Shown here: in pieces, positions 13,501-26,020 of the stretch
Layout: the number at the start of each line of letters is the position of its first letter
How positions within the stretch are numbered: the stretch's first letter is position 1
Source of the DNA: Prorocentrum cordatum
Lineage: Eukaryota
DNA: 64,000 bases
Assembly: GCA_963575745.1 (NCBI GenBank)
Contig: CAUYUJ010000065.1
Location: forward strand, 1-64,000
Reading direction: 5' to 3'
Program-made: the position numbers and the translations under genes
The notes under the pieces: generated by a model
Database searches by the model: none
The model's input: the letters and a program-made list of their open reading frames with translations, nothing else
What the model was told of the DNA's origin: nothing

Positions 13501-14086
13501 GTGCTTTGCCCTTCGCTGGGGTTCCACTGGCGGTCTCGCATCGGCGCAGCAAGGCGCGGGCATGTGTTTTCGAGGCGGGATATGTTGAAACTCCTCGGAG
13601 GAGGTGTTTGCAAGACCTCATTGGGCGGGAGATCTGGGAATGGGAATAATGGACCACGCTATAGAACAATAGTCCCCCATGATGTGGATGGTTATCATGA
13701 TGGTCGCATGCTTCGTGTGGAAACATCGCGCATGAGGGTAAAACCATTGTTGTTGTTGTTGTTGCTGTTGTTGTTGTTGTTGTTGTCGTTGTCGTCGTCC
13801 CCCCTGCGACCCGCACGCGACCCACCCGCGACCCACCCCGCGACCCATCCCGCGACCCACCCCGAGACCCACCCCGCGACCCACCCGCGACCCACCCCGC
13901 GACCCACCCGCGACCCACCCCACGATCCACCCACATTGCTTTCACGGAAAAATCGGCGCCTGCGGCGGGCTCACTGCATAATTTGTAGAAGTTAGGCGCC
14001 TGCGGCTGGCTTTTGTCAGAGCCTGGCAGAACGACGACGTCCTCGCCGCCCCCTCACTCTTATCCGCAACTACGGGGTGCTACGTA

Positions 14087-14641
14087 TGTCTGTATGTATG
14101 TATGGCTGTATGTATGCATGCATGCATGTATGTACGTATATGTATGTATGTATGTATGTATGCATGCATGCATGCATGTATGTATGTGTGTGTATATGTG
14201 TTTGAATGTATGTATGTATGTATGAATGTATGCATGCATGTATGTATGCATGTATGTATCTATGTATCTATGTATCTATGTATCTATGTATGCATGCATG
14301 TATGTATGCATACACACATATATACATATATGTATGCATGTATGCATGTATGCATGTATGCATGTATGTATATATGCATGTATGTATGTATGCATGTATG
14401 CATGCATGCATGTATGCAGGTATGTATGCATGCATGCATGTATGTCTGCCTGTCTGTCTGTCTGTCTGTATGTATGCATGCATGCATGCATGCATGTATG
14501 TATGTATGTACGTACGTATGTATGTATGTATGTATGTTTGTATGTATATATGTATGTATGTATGTTTGCATGCATGTATGTATGTACATTTATATGTATG
14601 CATGAACTTATGTATGTATGTATGCATGCATGCATGCATGC

Positions 14642-14676
<35 letters not shown>

Positions 14677-14703
14677 TATGTGTATGTGTGTGTGTGTGTG
14701 TGT
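14087..14703. repeat. (ATGT/ATGC)n compound microsatellite
   Basis: Directly visible. Confidence 0.95.
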
Positions 14704-14936
14704 GCAGATGTGTGCTGACTGCTGCCCGTCGCATATTGTGGTGCCTGGCTAGCATTGCCCGATTGGTATTGTGAAAGTCTGCATTCTGCTGTGGTCGGAA
14801 CATGTTGCGTCCGCGTGCGCACGAGAACTGCTCTTTGATGTGCAGCCACACATTTTGGGCGTTCGTAGACCAGTGTGCATCCGTCGTATGTACTCAGTGA
14901 GCATGACCTTGTTCTTTACTTTGTGCCATCTTGAAG

Positions 14937-14999
14937 GACACCAGTTTCGGGCGCTACGTAGCCATGAAGGTGCAGAAGAGCGCACCACATTACACCGAG
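14937..14999 (+). CDS. SRPK: SRPK exon D (DTSFGRYVAMKVQKSAPHYTE), catalytic Lys
   Basis: aag|GAC acceptor, GC donor at 15000; VAMKVQKSAPHYTE = SRPK subdomain II. Confidence 0.95.
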
Positions 15000-15681
15000 G
15001 CCTTGGTTTTTATTACGTTTGTGAATTGCACTGGGTCCGACCCCCTGAGGCAACAGACCACCGCGAGGGCTTGCCGGACGGCCGTCAGGGCAGTGGTATT
15101 CTTGTGGAGGTGCATGAGGAGGAGGAGGAGGAGGAGGGGGAGGAGGAGGAGGAGAAGCGGCTTCACCACGAGTGGCAGGAGCGGAAACAGAAGCAGCAGC
15201 CGAAGCAATGTGCAGACGCTTTTCGCGTATTCCCACGAGCCCATCCAGGGACGAGTCTCAGGAGAGCATCTCCGGCCAGGAAGTGTGGGAGTGCGGGGTC
15301 CTTCGGTGAGACGGACACACAGGCATGGAGGCAGTCGCAGTACCACTTTAACGTGGGCGAGCGCACGGGTGACAAACAGGATGACAGCCCTGCCCCTCCC
15401 CGTAGAAATCCAGTGCAGAGTGATCGTGGTCGGGGTGCCCGTTCGTGATCCAGATGCTTTTACCTTGACGTGCGCCTGGTATTGTTTTTGATCATGTGCC
15501 ATGTGCTGGGAGCTTCCCGTCCCCGCTTGCCGAGTGTACTGTCATCTGGCGCCTTCTGGGGCAGCTCAGCTCAGAGAGGATTAGCCATGAAATTCGATCG
15601 TGTCTTTCGGACAAGCAACAAGAGTCGGACCAGGAAGGCGATAATGATGATCATGGTGGTACTGGTGCTGCTGCGGCTGCT

Positions 15682-15712
<31 letters not shown>

Positions 15713-15841
15713 ATGATGATCATGACGAGTGGGACGATGACGCTGCTGCTGATGACGATGATGAAGATGAAGATGCTGCTGATAATGATGATGATGATCA
15801 TGATGAGGATGATGATTATGACGCTGCTGATCATGATGATG

Positions 15842-15895
<54 letters not shown>

Positions 15896-16305
15896 AATTG
15901 ACTGAAGGATTCATTGACTGATTGGTTGATTGTTTGATAAATGATGATTATGATGCTGATGATGCAGGTGATGATGCTGATGATGATGATTATGACGACG
16001 AGGTATGCGCAAGTCTATGCTGGAGGTTTGAACGGGTCGGTGACCGGTCTGGTGCTAACCTGCTCCTTGGTAGACGCAGGCGTCGTTTTGCAGAGAACGG
16101 TGAAGCTATTTTTGTGTAGTTCTGGGCGTCTTCGATTGCCCACACCATCTCTCCACGCGCGCATCTGCGCTCGTGTTGCTCGGGCACGCCATATGCTGTT
16201 GCGGCGCCTTTCGATCTCCTTGACTCGGTGCAGGCGCACCGCTGGCGCCCTCCAGCTCTTCGCCGCCCCCCCCCCCCAGGGCCGAGGGGAGAGGGCGCCC
16301 GCAAG

Positions 16306-16371
16306 GCTGCCTACGACGAGATCAAGCTGCTGTGGGAGGCGGCCAAGCGGGGCAACTCGCCAGAGTGGGAG
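16306..16371 (+). CDS. SRPK: SRPK exon E (AAYDEIKLLWEAAKRGNSPEWE), alphaC helix
   Basis: aag|GCT acceptor, GC donor at 16372; AAYDEIKLL continues HYTE in frame. Confidence 0.9.
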
Positions 16372-16689
16372 GCGCGGCGCGGCGCCCCGCTCTGGCGCGT
16401 CGCCCTCCTCCAAACGTGTCCCCTTCCCCTCCTCCAGCGCGAGCTCCCACTTGCTGCGCAGGGAGGGCGAGGGAGGCGGAGGATGACGCAGGGGGCTCGA
16501 GGGGGTCTCTGTAGGTGTCCGAATCGCAGTGATGGGGTGTCCGAGCGGTCTTACTCTATATCGCTGCGTGCGCGTCCGACCGGAGCCTCGGCCCCGGTGC
16601 GGGCACGCTGCACGGGCACGCTGTGCGGGCGCGCCGTGTGTGAGCGCTGATGTGGGGCACATCCCGCGCTGCTATCCGCAAGTGCGGGT

Positions 16690-19270
16690 TGCTACGTGTC
16701 GAAGACCCCTCCCACAGCGAATCACCGCCGCGCCCGGCTTTTGGAGTCGCCCATGTGGCCGGGAGTTGTGGCAAGAGCTCGGCCAAGCTATCCGACCATG
16801 TGTTCCCCCAGCCGTTGTGGAAACCCTTCGGGGAACTCTTGGGGGAGGATGTCGGGGAAGACCAGGAGGATGAGGAGGAGGAGGAGGAGGAGGAGGAGGT
16901 GGAGGAGGAGGAGGAGGAGGAGGAGGTGGAGGAGGAGGAGGAGGAGGAGGAGGAGGAGGAGGAGAGGGCATTTTGGGAGCCTCTGGGGGCACTCTTGGGG
17001 CCTCCTGGGAGTTTGCTGGGAGCCTCTTGGAGACATCTTGGGGGCCTCCGTGGGCCTCTTGGGGGCCCTTTGGGGCTTCTCGGAGGCCCCTTCGCCAGTC
17101 TTAGGGCGTTCCTGGCCCGTCTGACGCCGTCTCACGCTGTTGGACGCCTTTCAGGGCCGACTTGGGGCCCTCTTGGGGTGCTCCAGGGCCGTCTTGGAGG
17201 CCATCTTGGGCGTCTCGGAGGCCTCCTGGGCCGTCTTGTGGCCCTCTTGGGGATGTCTTGGGGGTCTCTTGGGCCGTTTTGGGGCCATCTTGGAGGCTTC
17301 TTGGGCGATCTTTGGGCGATCTTTGGGGGCTCTTGGACGTCTTGGATCGTCGGTAGTTCGAAAAACAGCAAATTCTAAAACCTTTCAAACACCTCAGGAA
17401 CATCGATTGTTTTTGTCTCTTCTGGCCTTTCTGGAGGACCCCTTGGAGGCCTCTTGGGGGCCGCTTGGGCCGTCCTGGACCATCTTGAAGCCATCTTGGG
17501 CCGTCTTGGGTGCATCTTGGGCTGTCTTGAGTTCATCTTGGGCCCATCTTGGGCTCTCTCAGGGCCGTCTTGGCAGTCTTGGAGACGTCTTGGAGGCATC
17601 TTGGAGGCCATCTTGGGCCATCTTGGCCGTCGTAGAGGCGATCTGGGTGGGGACCTTTCCTTGTGGCCGGCGCGCTGGGCCGAAGCCCCAGGGCTCAACG
17701 ACGCCTTAAGTGATTCAGGGCGCCAAGCACCCACCCCTCTGGCAAGCGAACAGGGGGCGGCGTATCGAAGACGACTGCAGCGAATCACCGCTGCCCCCGT
17801 CTTATGGAATCGCCCATGTGGCCGGGCGTTGTGGCAAGAGCTCGGCCAAGCTATCTGACCATTTGTTCCCTCAGCCGTTCTGGAAACCCTTCGGGGAAGG
17901 CTTGTGGGAGGATGGCGGGGAAGATCAGGAGGAGGAGGAGGAGGAGGAGGAGGAGGAGGAGGAGGAGGAGGAGGAGGAGGAGGAGGAGGAGGAGGAGGAG
18001 GAGGAGGAGGAGGGGGCATCTCGGGAGCCTCTGGTGGCACTCTTGGGGCCTCCTGGGAGTTTCCTGGTGGTCTTTTGGAGGCCTCTTGGGGGCCTTCTTT
18101 GGGCCTCTGGGGGGCCTTTTGGGGCTTCTCGGGGCGTTCCTGGCCAGTCTGATGCCGTCGGACGGCTTGCAGGGCCGACTTGGGGCCCTCTCTTGGGGCG
18201 CTTCGGGGCCGTCTTGGAGGCCATCTTGGGCGTCTTGGAGGCCATCTTGTGCGTCTCGGAGGCCTCTTGGGCCGTCTTGGGGCCCTCTTCGGGCCGTCTT
18301 GAGGTTGCTTCTTGGGATCGTCGGAAGGCCGAACAGAGGCAAATGCCGAAGTCCCACAACAACCTAGGGCAAATCAAGGATTTTGGCCTCTTCGGGTCTT
18401 TCTGGAGGCTCTCTTGGAGGCCTCTTGGGCCGACCTCTTGGGAGCATCTTAGGCCGTCTTGGGCCATCTTGGAGCCATCTTGGGCCGTCTTGGAGGGCCC
18501 CTGGTCCGTCTGACGCCGCCAGAAGCCTTCTTGGGGGCCTCTCTGGGCTGACTCGGGGCCCTCTTGGGGTGCTCCAGGGCCGTCTTGGAGGCCATCTTGG
18601 GCGTCTCGGAGGCCTCTGGGGCCGTCTTGTGGCCCTCTTGGGGCCGTCTTGGGAGCCTCTTGGGCCGTTTAGGGGCCATTTTGGAGGCCTCTTGGGCGAT
18701 CTTCGGGCGATCTTTGGGCGATCTTTGGGGGTTCTTCGGCCGTCTCTGGCCGTCAGAGGGCCGAACAGAAGCAAATGCCCAAATCCTACGACAACCTAAT
18801 GAACGTCAATGATCTTTGCCTCTTCGGGCCCTCCTGGAAGAACTCTTGGAGGCCTCTTGGGCTTGGCCCGTCTTGGAGGCTTCGTGGGCAGACTTGGAGG
18901 CATCTGGAACCCTCTCGGGCCGTCTTGGAGGCCATCTTGGACCATATTGGGCGAACTTGGAAGCCATCTTGCCCTCTTGGATGCCATCTTGAGCCGTCTT
19001 GGGAGATTGTTTCGGGACCTTGAGGTCCCTTCCAGGTGGCCTGCGGCATCGGCCGAAGCCCCAGGGTATATTAAAAACCACGAACCTCCTGAAGTCTGGC
19101 ACGCGGGGCACCCCTGTGGCAAGCCAACAGGGGGCGGCGGATCGAAGACGCCTACGGCGAATCACCGCCGCCCCCCTGCCTTTTTGGAAGCGCCTGTGTG
19201 GCTAGAGCTTGGCCAAGCTATCGGACCATGTGTTCCCACAGCCGTCGTTGAAACCCTTCGGGGAACACGT
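16690..19270 (+). repeat. Same decamer-based element family, tandem copies with (GAG)n inserts
   Basis: Junction motif at ~16700 (decayed), 17750 and 19128. Confidence 0.85.
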
Positions 19271-19729
19271 GATGAAGAGGCGAATGAGGAGAATAAGGTA
19301 AACGGAGGAGGAGGAGGAGGATGAAGAGACGGAGGAGGAGGAGGAGAAGGAGGAGGAAGAGGAGGAGGAGGAGGAGGAGGAGGACCAGTGTAAACCTAAG
19401 AGTCATCAATGATGTTGGAATCGACCCTCCCTCCAAGCTCCCTCTTCATAGCCCCCCCACAACGGTTCATTTCCATTTAGGGAACTGCCTTGTTGGAAGA
19501 CAACCGTTTGAAGATCCTGAAGCATGCCAAGACATTGTTCTCTGGATTTCAACGCCACGTATCACCTGTCTGCTGCGTCTTGGCGATCTGGAATCGTCCA
19601 GAGCGCCATTTGGGGATTTCAACTCCGCGAATCAATATAACTGTTGCACCCGCATAATCCAGACTCCTTCCAAAACACCACTTCTGGTATGTTGATCATG
19701 GGAGTCCGTGCAACTCTTGTTGCAAATTT

Positions 19730-20300
19730 CGGAAACGAATGTTCGCGGCGCTAAGGCGAGAGCCACATTTTGAAAACGACCCGCCCTCAATCTGTGAAGT
19801 TCTTGCACTTTTTAGAACGAATGTGCGCGGCGCTAAAGGGGAGAGCCACCTTTTGAAGACGACCCGCCTTTTCAATCCGTGAAACTCGAGCAAACTTTCA
19901 GAACGGATGCGCGCGGCGCTAAAGCGAGAGCCACATGTTGAACACGACCCGCCTTCAATCCGTGAAGCGCTTGCAATTTTTTTTACAACGATTGTCCGCG
20001 GCGCTAAGGCGATAGCCACATTTTGAAAACGACCTGCCTTCAATCCTTGAAACGCTTGCAACTTTTTAGAACGAGTGTGCGCGGCGCTAAGGGGAGAGCC
20101 ACAGTTTGAAAACGACCCGCCTTCAATCCGTGAAACTCTTGCAATTTTCTGAAACGAATATGCGCGGCGCTAAGGTGAGAGCGACATTTTGAAAACGACC
20201 CGCCTTCAATCCTTGAAACGCTCGTAATTTTTTTTTAGCACGAATGTGCGCGGCAGGCGAGAGTCTTATTTTGAAAACGACCCGCCCCCCATCTGTGAAT
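19730..20300. repeat. Tandem array of ~81-bp units
   Basis: cgcggcgctaaggcgagagccacattttgaaaacgacccgccttcaatccgtgaa repeated about seven times. Confidence 0.9.
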
Positions 20301-20829
20301 TTGTTATCATTTTTAAGCTTCAGAATCATACGTTGTGAGGACGTCTCAGGCGAAACGCCCAGCCCGCCCAAAAATTGGTTTCAGGATGCGACAGGGAGAC
20401 GTTATTCGTATGGAGAATGAATGGAGGAGGAGGAGGAGGAGGAGGAGGAGGAGGAGGAGGAGGAGGAGGAGGAGGAGGAGGAGGAGGAGGAGGAGGATGA
20501 GGAGGAGGAGGGAGGATGAGGAGGAGGAGGAGGAGGAGGGAGGAGGAGGAGGAGGAGGAGGAGGAGGAGGAGGATCGGAGGAGGGAGGAGGAGGAGGAGG
20601 GAGAGGAGGAGGAGGTGGAGGAGGGAGGAGGGGAGGAGGAGGGAGGAAGGAGGAGGAGGAGGAGGAGGAGGAGGAGGAGGAGGAGGAGGAGGATGGGGAG
20701 GAGGAGGAGAGGGAGTGGGAAAAGAAGGAGAGGAGGAGGAGAGGAGGAGGAGGAGGAGGAGGAGGAGGAGGAGGAGGAGGAGAGGAAGAGGAGGAGGAGG
20801 AGGAGGAGGAGGAGGAGGAGGAGGAGGAG

Positions 20830-23800
20830 GAGACCTCTTGGGAGCCTCTTGGGGCACTCTTGGGGTCTCCTGGGAGCTTCCTGGGAGCCTCTTGTAGGCC
20901 TCTTGGGGGTCTTCTTCGGCCTCTTGGGGGCCTTTGGGGGCTTGTTCGGGGCCTCTTTGGCCGTCTTAGGGCGTTCCTGGCCCGTCTAACGCCGTCGGGA
21001 GCCGTCTTGGGGGCCTCTCTGGACCGCCTTGGGGCCCTCTTGGGGTGCTTCAGGGCCGTCTTGGAGGCCATCTTGGTCATATAGAGGCCTCTTGGGCCTT
21101 CTCGGGCCCCCTCTGGGCCGTCTTGGGGGCTTCTTGGGCCGTCCTGGGGCCGTCTCGGAGGCCTCTTGGGCGCTCTGGGGGCGATCTTGGGGGCCTCTTC
21201 GGCCGTCTTGGGCCGTCGGAAGGCCGAAAAGAAGCAAATGCCGAAATCCTTCAAACACCGAGAGACACATACATGATTCTGACCTCCTCGGGCCCTCCTG
21301 GAGGACCTCTTGGAGGCCTCTTGGGCTGTCTTGGAGGCCTCTTTGGGGCCTCTTGGGCCGTCTTGGGCCGTCTTGGAGGCTTCTTGGGTAGTCTTGGAGC
21401 CATCTTGGACCCTCTCGGGCCGTCTTGGAGGCCATCTTGGACCATGTTGGGCGAATGTGGAGGCCATCTTGGCCGTCTTGGAGGCCATCTTGGGCTATCT
21501 TGACCGTCTTGGAGGCGATTTGGGCAACCACCCGGGCATCTTCGGCAGCCTTCGGGTGGCCTGCGGGATCGGCCGAAGCCCCTGGGGGCAGTTCTTTTGG
21601 AAGAGAACCCAAACCAAGCCGTATAGGGTCTAGCACGCCAGGCACCCCTGTGGCAAGACCACAAGGGGGCGGCGGATCAAAGACGCCTACGGCGAATCAC
21701 CGCCGCCCCCTGCCTTTTTGGAAGCGCCTATGTGGCCGAAGGTTGTGGCCAGAGGCCTGCCAAGCTATCGGACCACGTGTTCCCCGAGTTGGTTTGGAAA
21801 GCCTTCGGGGAACACGTGAGCATCTTGAAGGTCATCTTGGCCGTCAGGAGGCCATTCTGACCCTTTCGGGCCTTCTTGGAGGACGTCTTGGAGGGCTCTT
21901 GGGCCGTCTTGGAGGCTACCTTGAGCGTCTTGGAGACCTCTTGGGCCGTCTTGAGGGCCTCTTGGGGCCGTGTCTTGGGCCTCTTGGGCGATCTTTGTGG
22001 GCACTTGGGCCGTCTTGGGCCGTCGGAAGGCAGAAAAAAAGCAAATGATGCCACAATCCTTCAAGAACTCATGGCAAATCAATGATTGTGGACTTTTCGG
22101 GCCTTCCTGGAGGCCCTCTTGGAGGCCCCTGGGGCCGTCTTGGGCCATCTTAGGGCCATGTTCGGCCGTCTTGGTGGGCTCCTGGTCCGTCTGACGCCGT
22201 TGGAAGCCATTTGGGGGGCCTCTCTGGGCCGACTTGGGGCCCTCTTGGAATGTTCCAGGGCCGTCTTGGAGGCCATCTTGGGCGTCTTAAAGGCCTCCTG
22301 TGCCGTCTTGGGGCCCTCTTGGGCCGTTCTGGGGCCATCTTGGAGGCCTCTTAGGCGATCTTTTGGCGATCTTTGGGGGCTCTTGGGCCGTCTCGGGCCG
22401 TCGGAAGGCCGAAAAGAAGCAAATGTCAACATCTGTCAAATACCTTAGGAAATCTTCTGGCCTTCCTGGAGGCCTTCTTGGGGGCCTCTTGGGCCGTCTT
22501 GGGTCAGCTTTGAGCCAACTTCGGCCATCCTGGTGGGTTCCTGGCACGTCTGACGCCCTCTTGGGGCCGTCTTGGAGGCCACCTTTCGGTTTTGGTTTTG
22601 GTTCCTTTTCCAAAAGAACTCTCCCAGTGGGCTTCGGCCCGACCCGCCGGTCACCCGTAGATCGCCCAATTCCCGGAACAATCCTCCTAGACGGCTCAAG
22701 ATGGCCTCCAAGATGGCCACGTTGGCCCAAGATGGCCTCCAAGATGGTCCAAGATGGCCTCCATCCAAATTCGCCCAAGATGGTCGAAGACGGCCTCCAA
22801 GATGACCCAAGAGAGTCCAAGACGGCCCAAGACGGCCCCAGAGGCCCCCCAGAGGCCTCCAAGACGGCCCAAGAGGCCTCTAAGAGGTCCTCCAGGAGGG
22901 CCCGAAGAGGCCAAAATCATTGATTTTCCTTAGGTTTTTGAAGGATTTGGGGATTTGCTTCTTCTCGGCATTCCGACGGCTCAAGCCGGCCCAAGAGGCC
23001 CCCAAGATCGCCCAAGAGGCCCCCAAGAGGGCCCCATGCAGCCCGCGATGAATCGACAGGGGGCGGCGGATGTAATGGCCTTCGGCCCATCCCGCCACCG
23101 TGCCTGGGTTGTGGATATGAAACCTACGTATTGGATGTTCGCTGGGATCTCGTGGGAGGCTTCTTGGCGGCTTCTTGGATGCCGTTTTGGGGCCTCTTGG
23201 GGCCTCTTTTGCCCCTCTTGGCTCTCGGGGGGCCTCTCAGGAGCCTCTTGGGGCCTCCTGGGGGCCTTTTGGGGTGGAAGGCTCGGATTTTCGATTCGTG
23301 TTCCCTCTCTTTGGCCTCTCGGGGGCCCTCTTGGGCCGTCTTTGGCGCCTCTTGGGCCGCCTTGGGGCGATCTTAGGCTGTCTTGGGGTGCTCCTGGAGG
23401 CCTCTTCAGCCGTGTTGGGGTGGTCTTGGGGGCCTCTTTGGGCGCCTCGGGGCGCTCTTAGGCCGTCTTGGGGCCCTCTTGGAGGCCTCTTGAGCCGTTT
23501 TGGGGTGGTCTTGGAGGCCTCCTGGGCGGTCTCGGAGCGTCGGAAAGCCGACAAAGCGAGAACGCCAAACTTTTTTCAATAACCTTGCGAACATTCGTAA
23601 CTTTTGCCTCTTGGGGCCCTCTTGGGAGGCCTCGGTGCGTCTCTCTTGGGCCATCTTGAGGCCGTCTTGGGCGTCTTGGAGCGACCTCTCGGTGACTCGG
23701 GGCCCTCGTGGGACCGTCTTGGGGGCCTCGTGGGGCCCTCTTGGGCCCGTCTTCGGGCCCTCGTGGGCCCGAAAAAAGTCGTGCGGGAAGACGCGACAGG

Positions 23801-24537
23801 TCCCAAGGGGCACGCTGGGAGCCTCGCCGAATGCTGGAATTCTTCACGCTTCGCGCATCCCCACCAGCCCATTCCAGAACAGCAACTTGTGCGAAGCATG
23901 CCGGCAGTCGTGGCTTTCGGGCGCACCTCCTCCTGCCCACGCATATATCCTTCTACTTCTCTGGGTCTTTCGCTCTGGGAGCCTCTTGGAGGCATCTTGG
24001 GGGTATCCTGGAACCTTCTTGGGGATATTTTGGAGGTCTCTGGGCCCTTTTGGGGTTCCCGTGGTGCCTCTCGGGGCTCCCTTGGGGCTCCCTTGGGGCT
24101 CTCTTGGGGCGCTGTTGGGGCCCTCTTGGGGCTTTTTGGGGGAGTCTGGGAGGTCTCTTGGGGCCATCTTGGAGGCGATCGATCAAAACAGGGACGAGCA
24201 CTCATCTCGCCCCCCCCCGTCGGGTCCTGAAACCCTATGAGATTACAGCATGCGGCGCCTTTTCGGCTGCCCATCTTGGACGCTCTAACCCCTCGCGGCC
24301 CCCCCTCTCCAGGTCCAGGGGGAGGGGGTAGGGGGAGGGGTAAACCCCTCCCCGAAGGGGAAGAAGGGGGGTTGAGGACAGAGAGGGCTCCCTAAACCAC
24401 TCACGCCCAAAGGGCTGGTGGGATTTGGGGTCCGGGCCCCTCAAAAGACTCTTCAGGATTGGGTGCTGAGGCTCCAGGAATTCGGCAACGGACCTGAGGA
24501 CACGCCCACACCGTGCCCGGAGGCACGGTGGCGGATT
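20830..24537 (+). repeat. Same family cluster, including an inverted segment at ~22580-23035
   Basis: Junctions at ~21662 and 23058; terminus ggcacggtggcggat at ~24522. Confidence 0.85.
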
Positions 24538-25021
24538 TCGATCGTTTTCGATGCGTTCCACATGCATTGGGAAGATTCCGGAGGATGGGGGGATGTGGCG
24601 TGGGCCACTGTATCGTCGACGTGACATGTTCGCAGTGCCGTTTGGCTGCTGCCGAGGTGGACCGTTAGCAATTGAGGTGGTCTCGGCGTCAACCCAACAT
24701 ACCAAGACTGTGCGTGCGTTGCCCCGCCAGGGGCGACACGCGCACCGAGAAATCCCATCATATATGCGTCGCGGGGGGGCGCTTTCCGGCCGTACCGCTC
24801 GGGAAGCAATCTGCTACAAGATTTGTGTGCACTGTCTCTTCGGGTCGGACTCGGGCCTCCGAGGGGGACGCACAGTGCCAGAACTATCCTTCTGCGTCCC
24901 ATGGTCGCCCGTGCCTGGGGCGCCCCCCCCCAAGGAAGCTCGAGCTGCATGAGAAGTGAGAGAAGCACAAGCTGGAGGGGTTGGACGGGGCTTCTCCTGC
25001 CGCAACCCGCCATGCCGGCAG

Positions 25022-25076
25022 GCCTCCCAGCAGGGGCCCATCCTGAGGGAGCTGCTGCCGACGAGCCCCTTCACGG
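25022..25076 (+). CDS. SRPK: SRPK exon F (ASQQGPILRELLPTSPFT-G), linker
   Basis: cag|GCC acceptor, G|gc donor; its 55 nt supply the phase-1 junction needed to join exon E to exon G; weaker motif support than the other exons. Confidence 0.75.
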
Positions 25077-25324
25077 GCGCCCCACCCCCCGCCCGCATCC
25101 CCGCCCTCCTCACACTCCAGCTGCCTCTGCCTCCCTCTTGTTTCTCTCCCCCTCGCCTCTCTCTTTCCCTCTCTCTTTCCCTCTTGTTTCTCTTTCTCGC
25201 TCTCTCTTTCCCTCTCTCTCTCTCTCGCCCTCCAGTTGCCTCTATATCTTCCTCTCCCTTTCCCTCTCCCTCGCCATGCTTGTTTTGCTTAGGTTTGTTT
25301 GCTCCTCTCTCTTCTCTCTCTTTC

Positions 25325-26020
25325 TCTGTTTGTTTGTTTGTTTGTTTGCCTGTTTGTTTGTTTGTTTGTTTGTTTGTTTGTTTTTTGTTTGTTTGTTTGT
25401 TTGTTTGTTTGTTTGTTTGTTTGTTTGTTTGTTTGTTTGTTTGTTTCTTTGTTTGGTTGTTTGTTTGTTACTTGTTTGTTTGTTAGTTTGTTAGTTTGTT
25501 TGTTAGTTTGTTTGTTTGTTTAGCGGAAGAGACTCGCTCTCGACCCGCAGACCAAACGTTTGTTTGTTTAGGTTGCTTAATGTGTTAGTTTGTTGGTTTC
25601 CCTCGCTTCTCTTTCCTTTTCTCTCTCTCCTCCTCCTCCTCGTCCTCCTCCTCCCCTCCTCCTCCTCCTCCTCCTCCTCCTCCACCTCCTCCTCCTCCTC
25701 CTCCTCCTCCTCCCCCTCCTCCCCCCTCCTCCTCCTCCTCCCCCTCCTCCTCCTCCTCCTCCTCCTCCTCCCCCTCCTCCCCCTCCTCCTCTCCTCCTCC
25801 TCCTCTTCCTCCTCCTCCTCCTCCTCCTCCTCCTCCTCCTCCCTCCTCATCCTCCCCCTCCTCCTCCTCCTCCTCCTCCTCCTCCTCCTCCTCTCTCCTC
25901 CTCCTCCTCCTCCTCCCTCCTCCCCCTCCTCCTCCTCCTCCTCCTCTCCTCCTGCTCCTCCTCCTCTTCCTCCTCCTCCTCCTCCTCTCCTCCTCCTCCT
26001 CCTCCTCTCTCTCTCTCTCT
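25325..26020. repeat. (GTTT)n followed by (CCT)n microsatellites
   Basis: Directly visible; other (CCT/GAG)n tracts at 2040-2195, 20425-20830, 33160-33780 and 34890-35020. Confidence 0.95.

Larger units (their letters stand above)
10926..14086 (+). mobile_element. HINE/MITE-like element, copy 2, with ~2.7 kb of nested minisatellite-rich DNA
   Basis: Same ends as copy 1; homology breaks and resumes at the (TTG)n tract (~11010 and ~13747). Confidence 0.68.
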
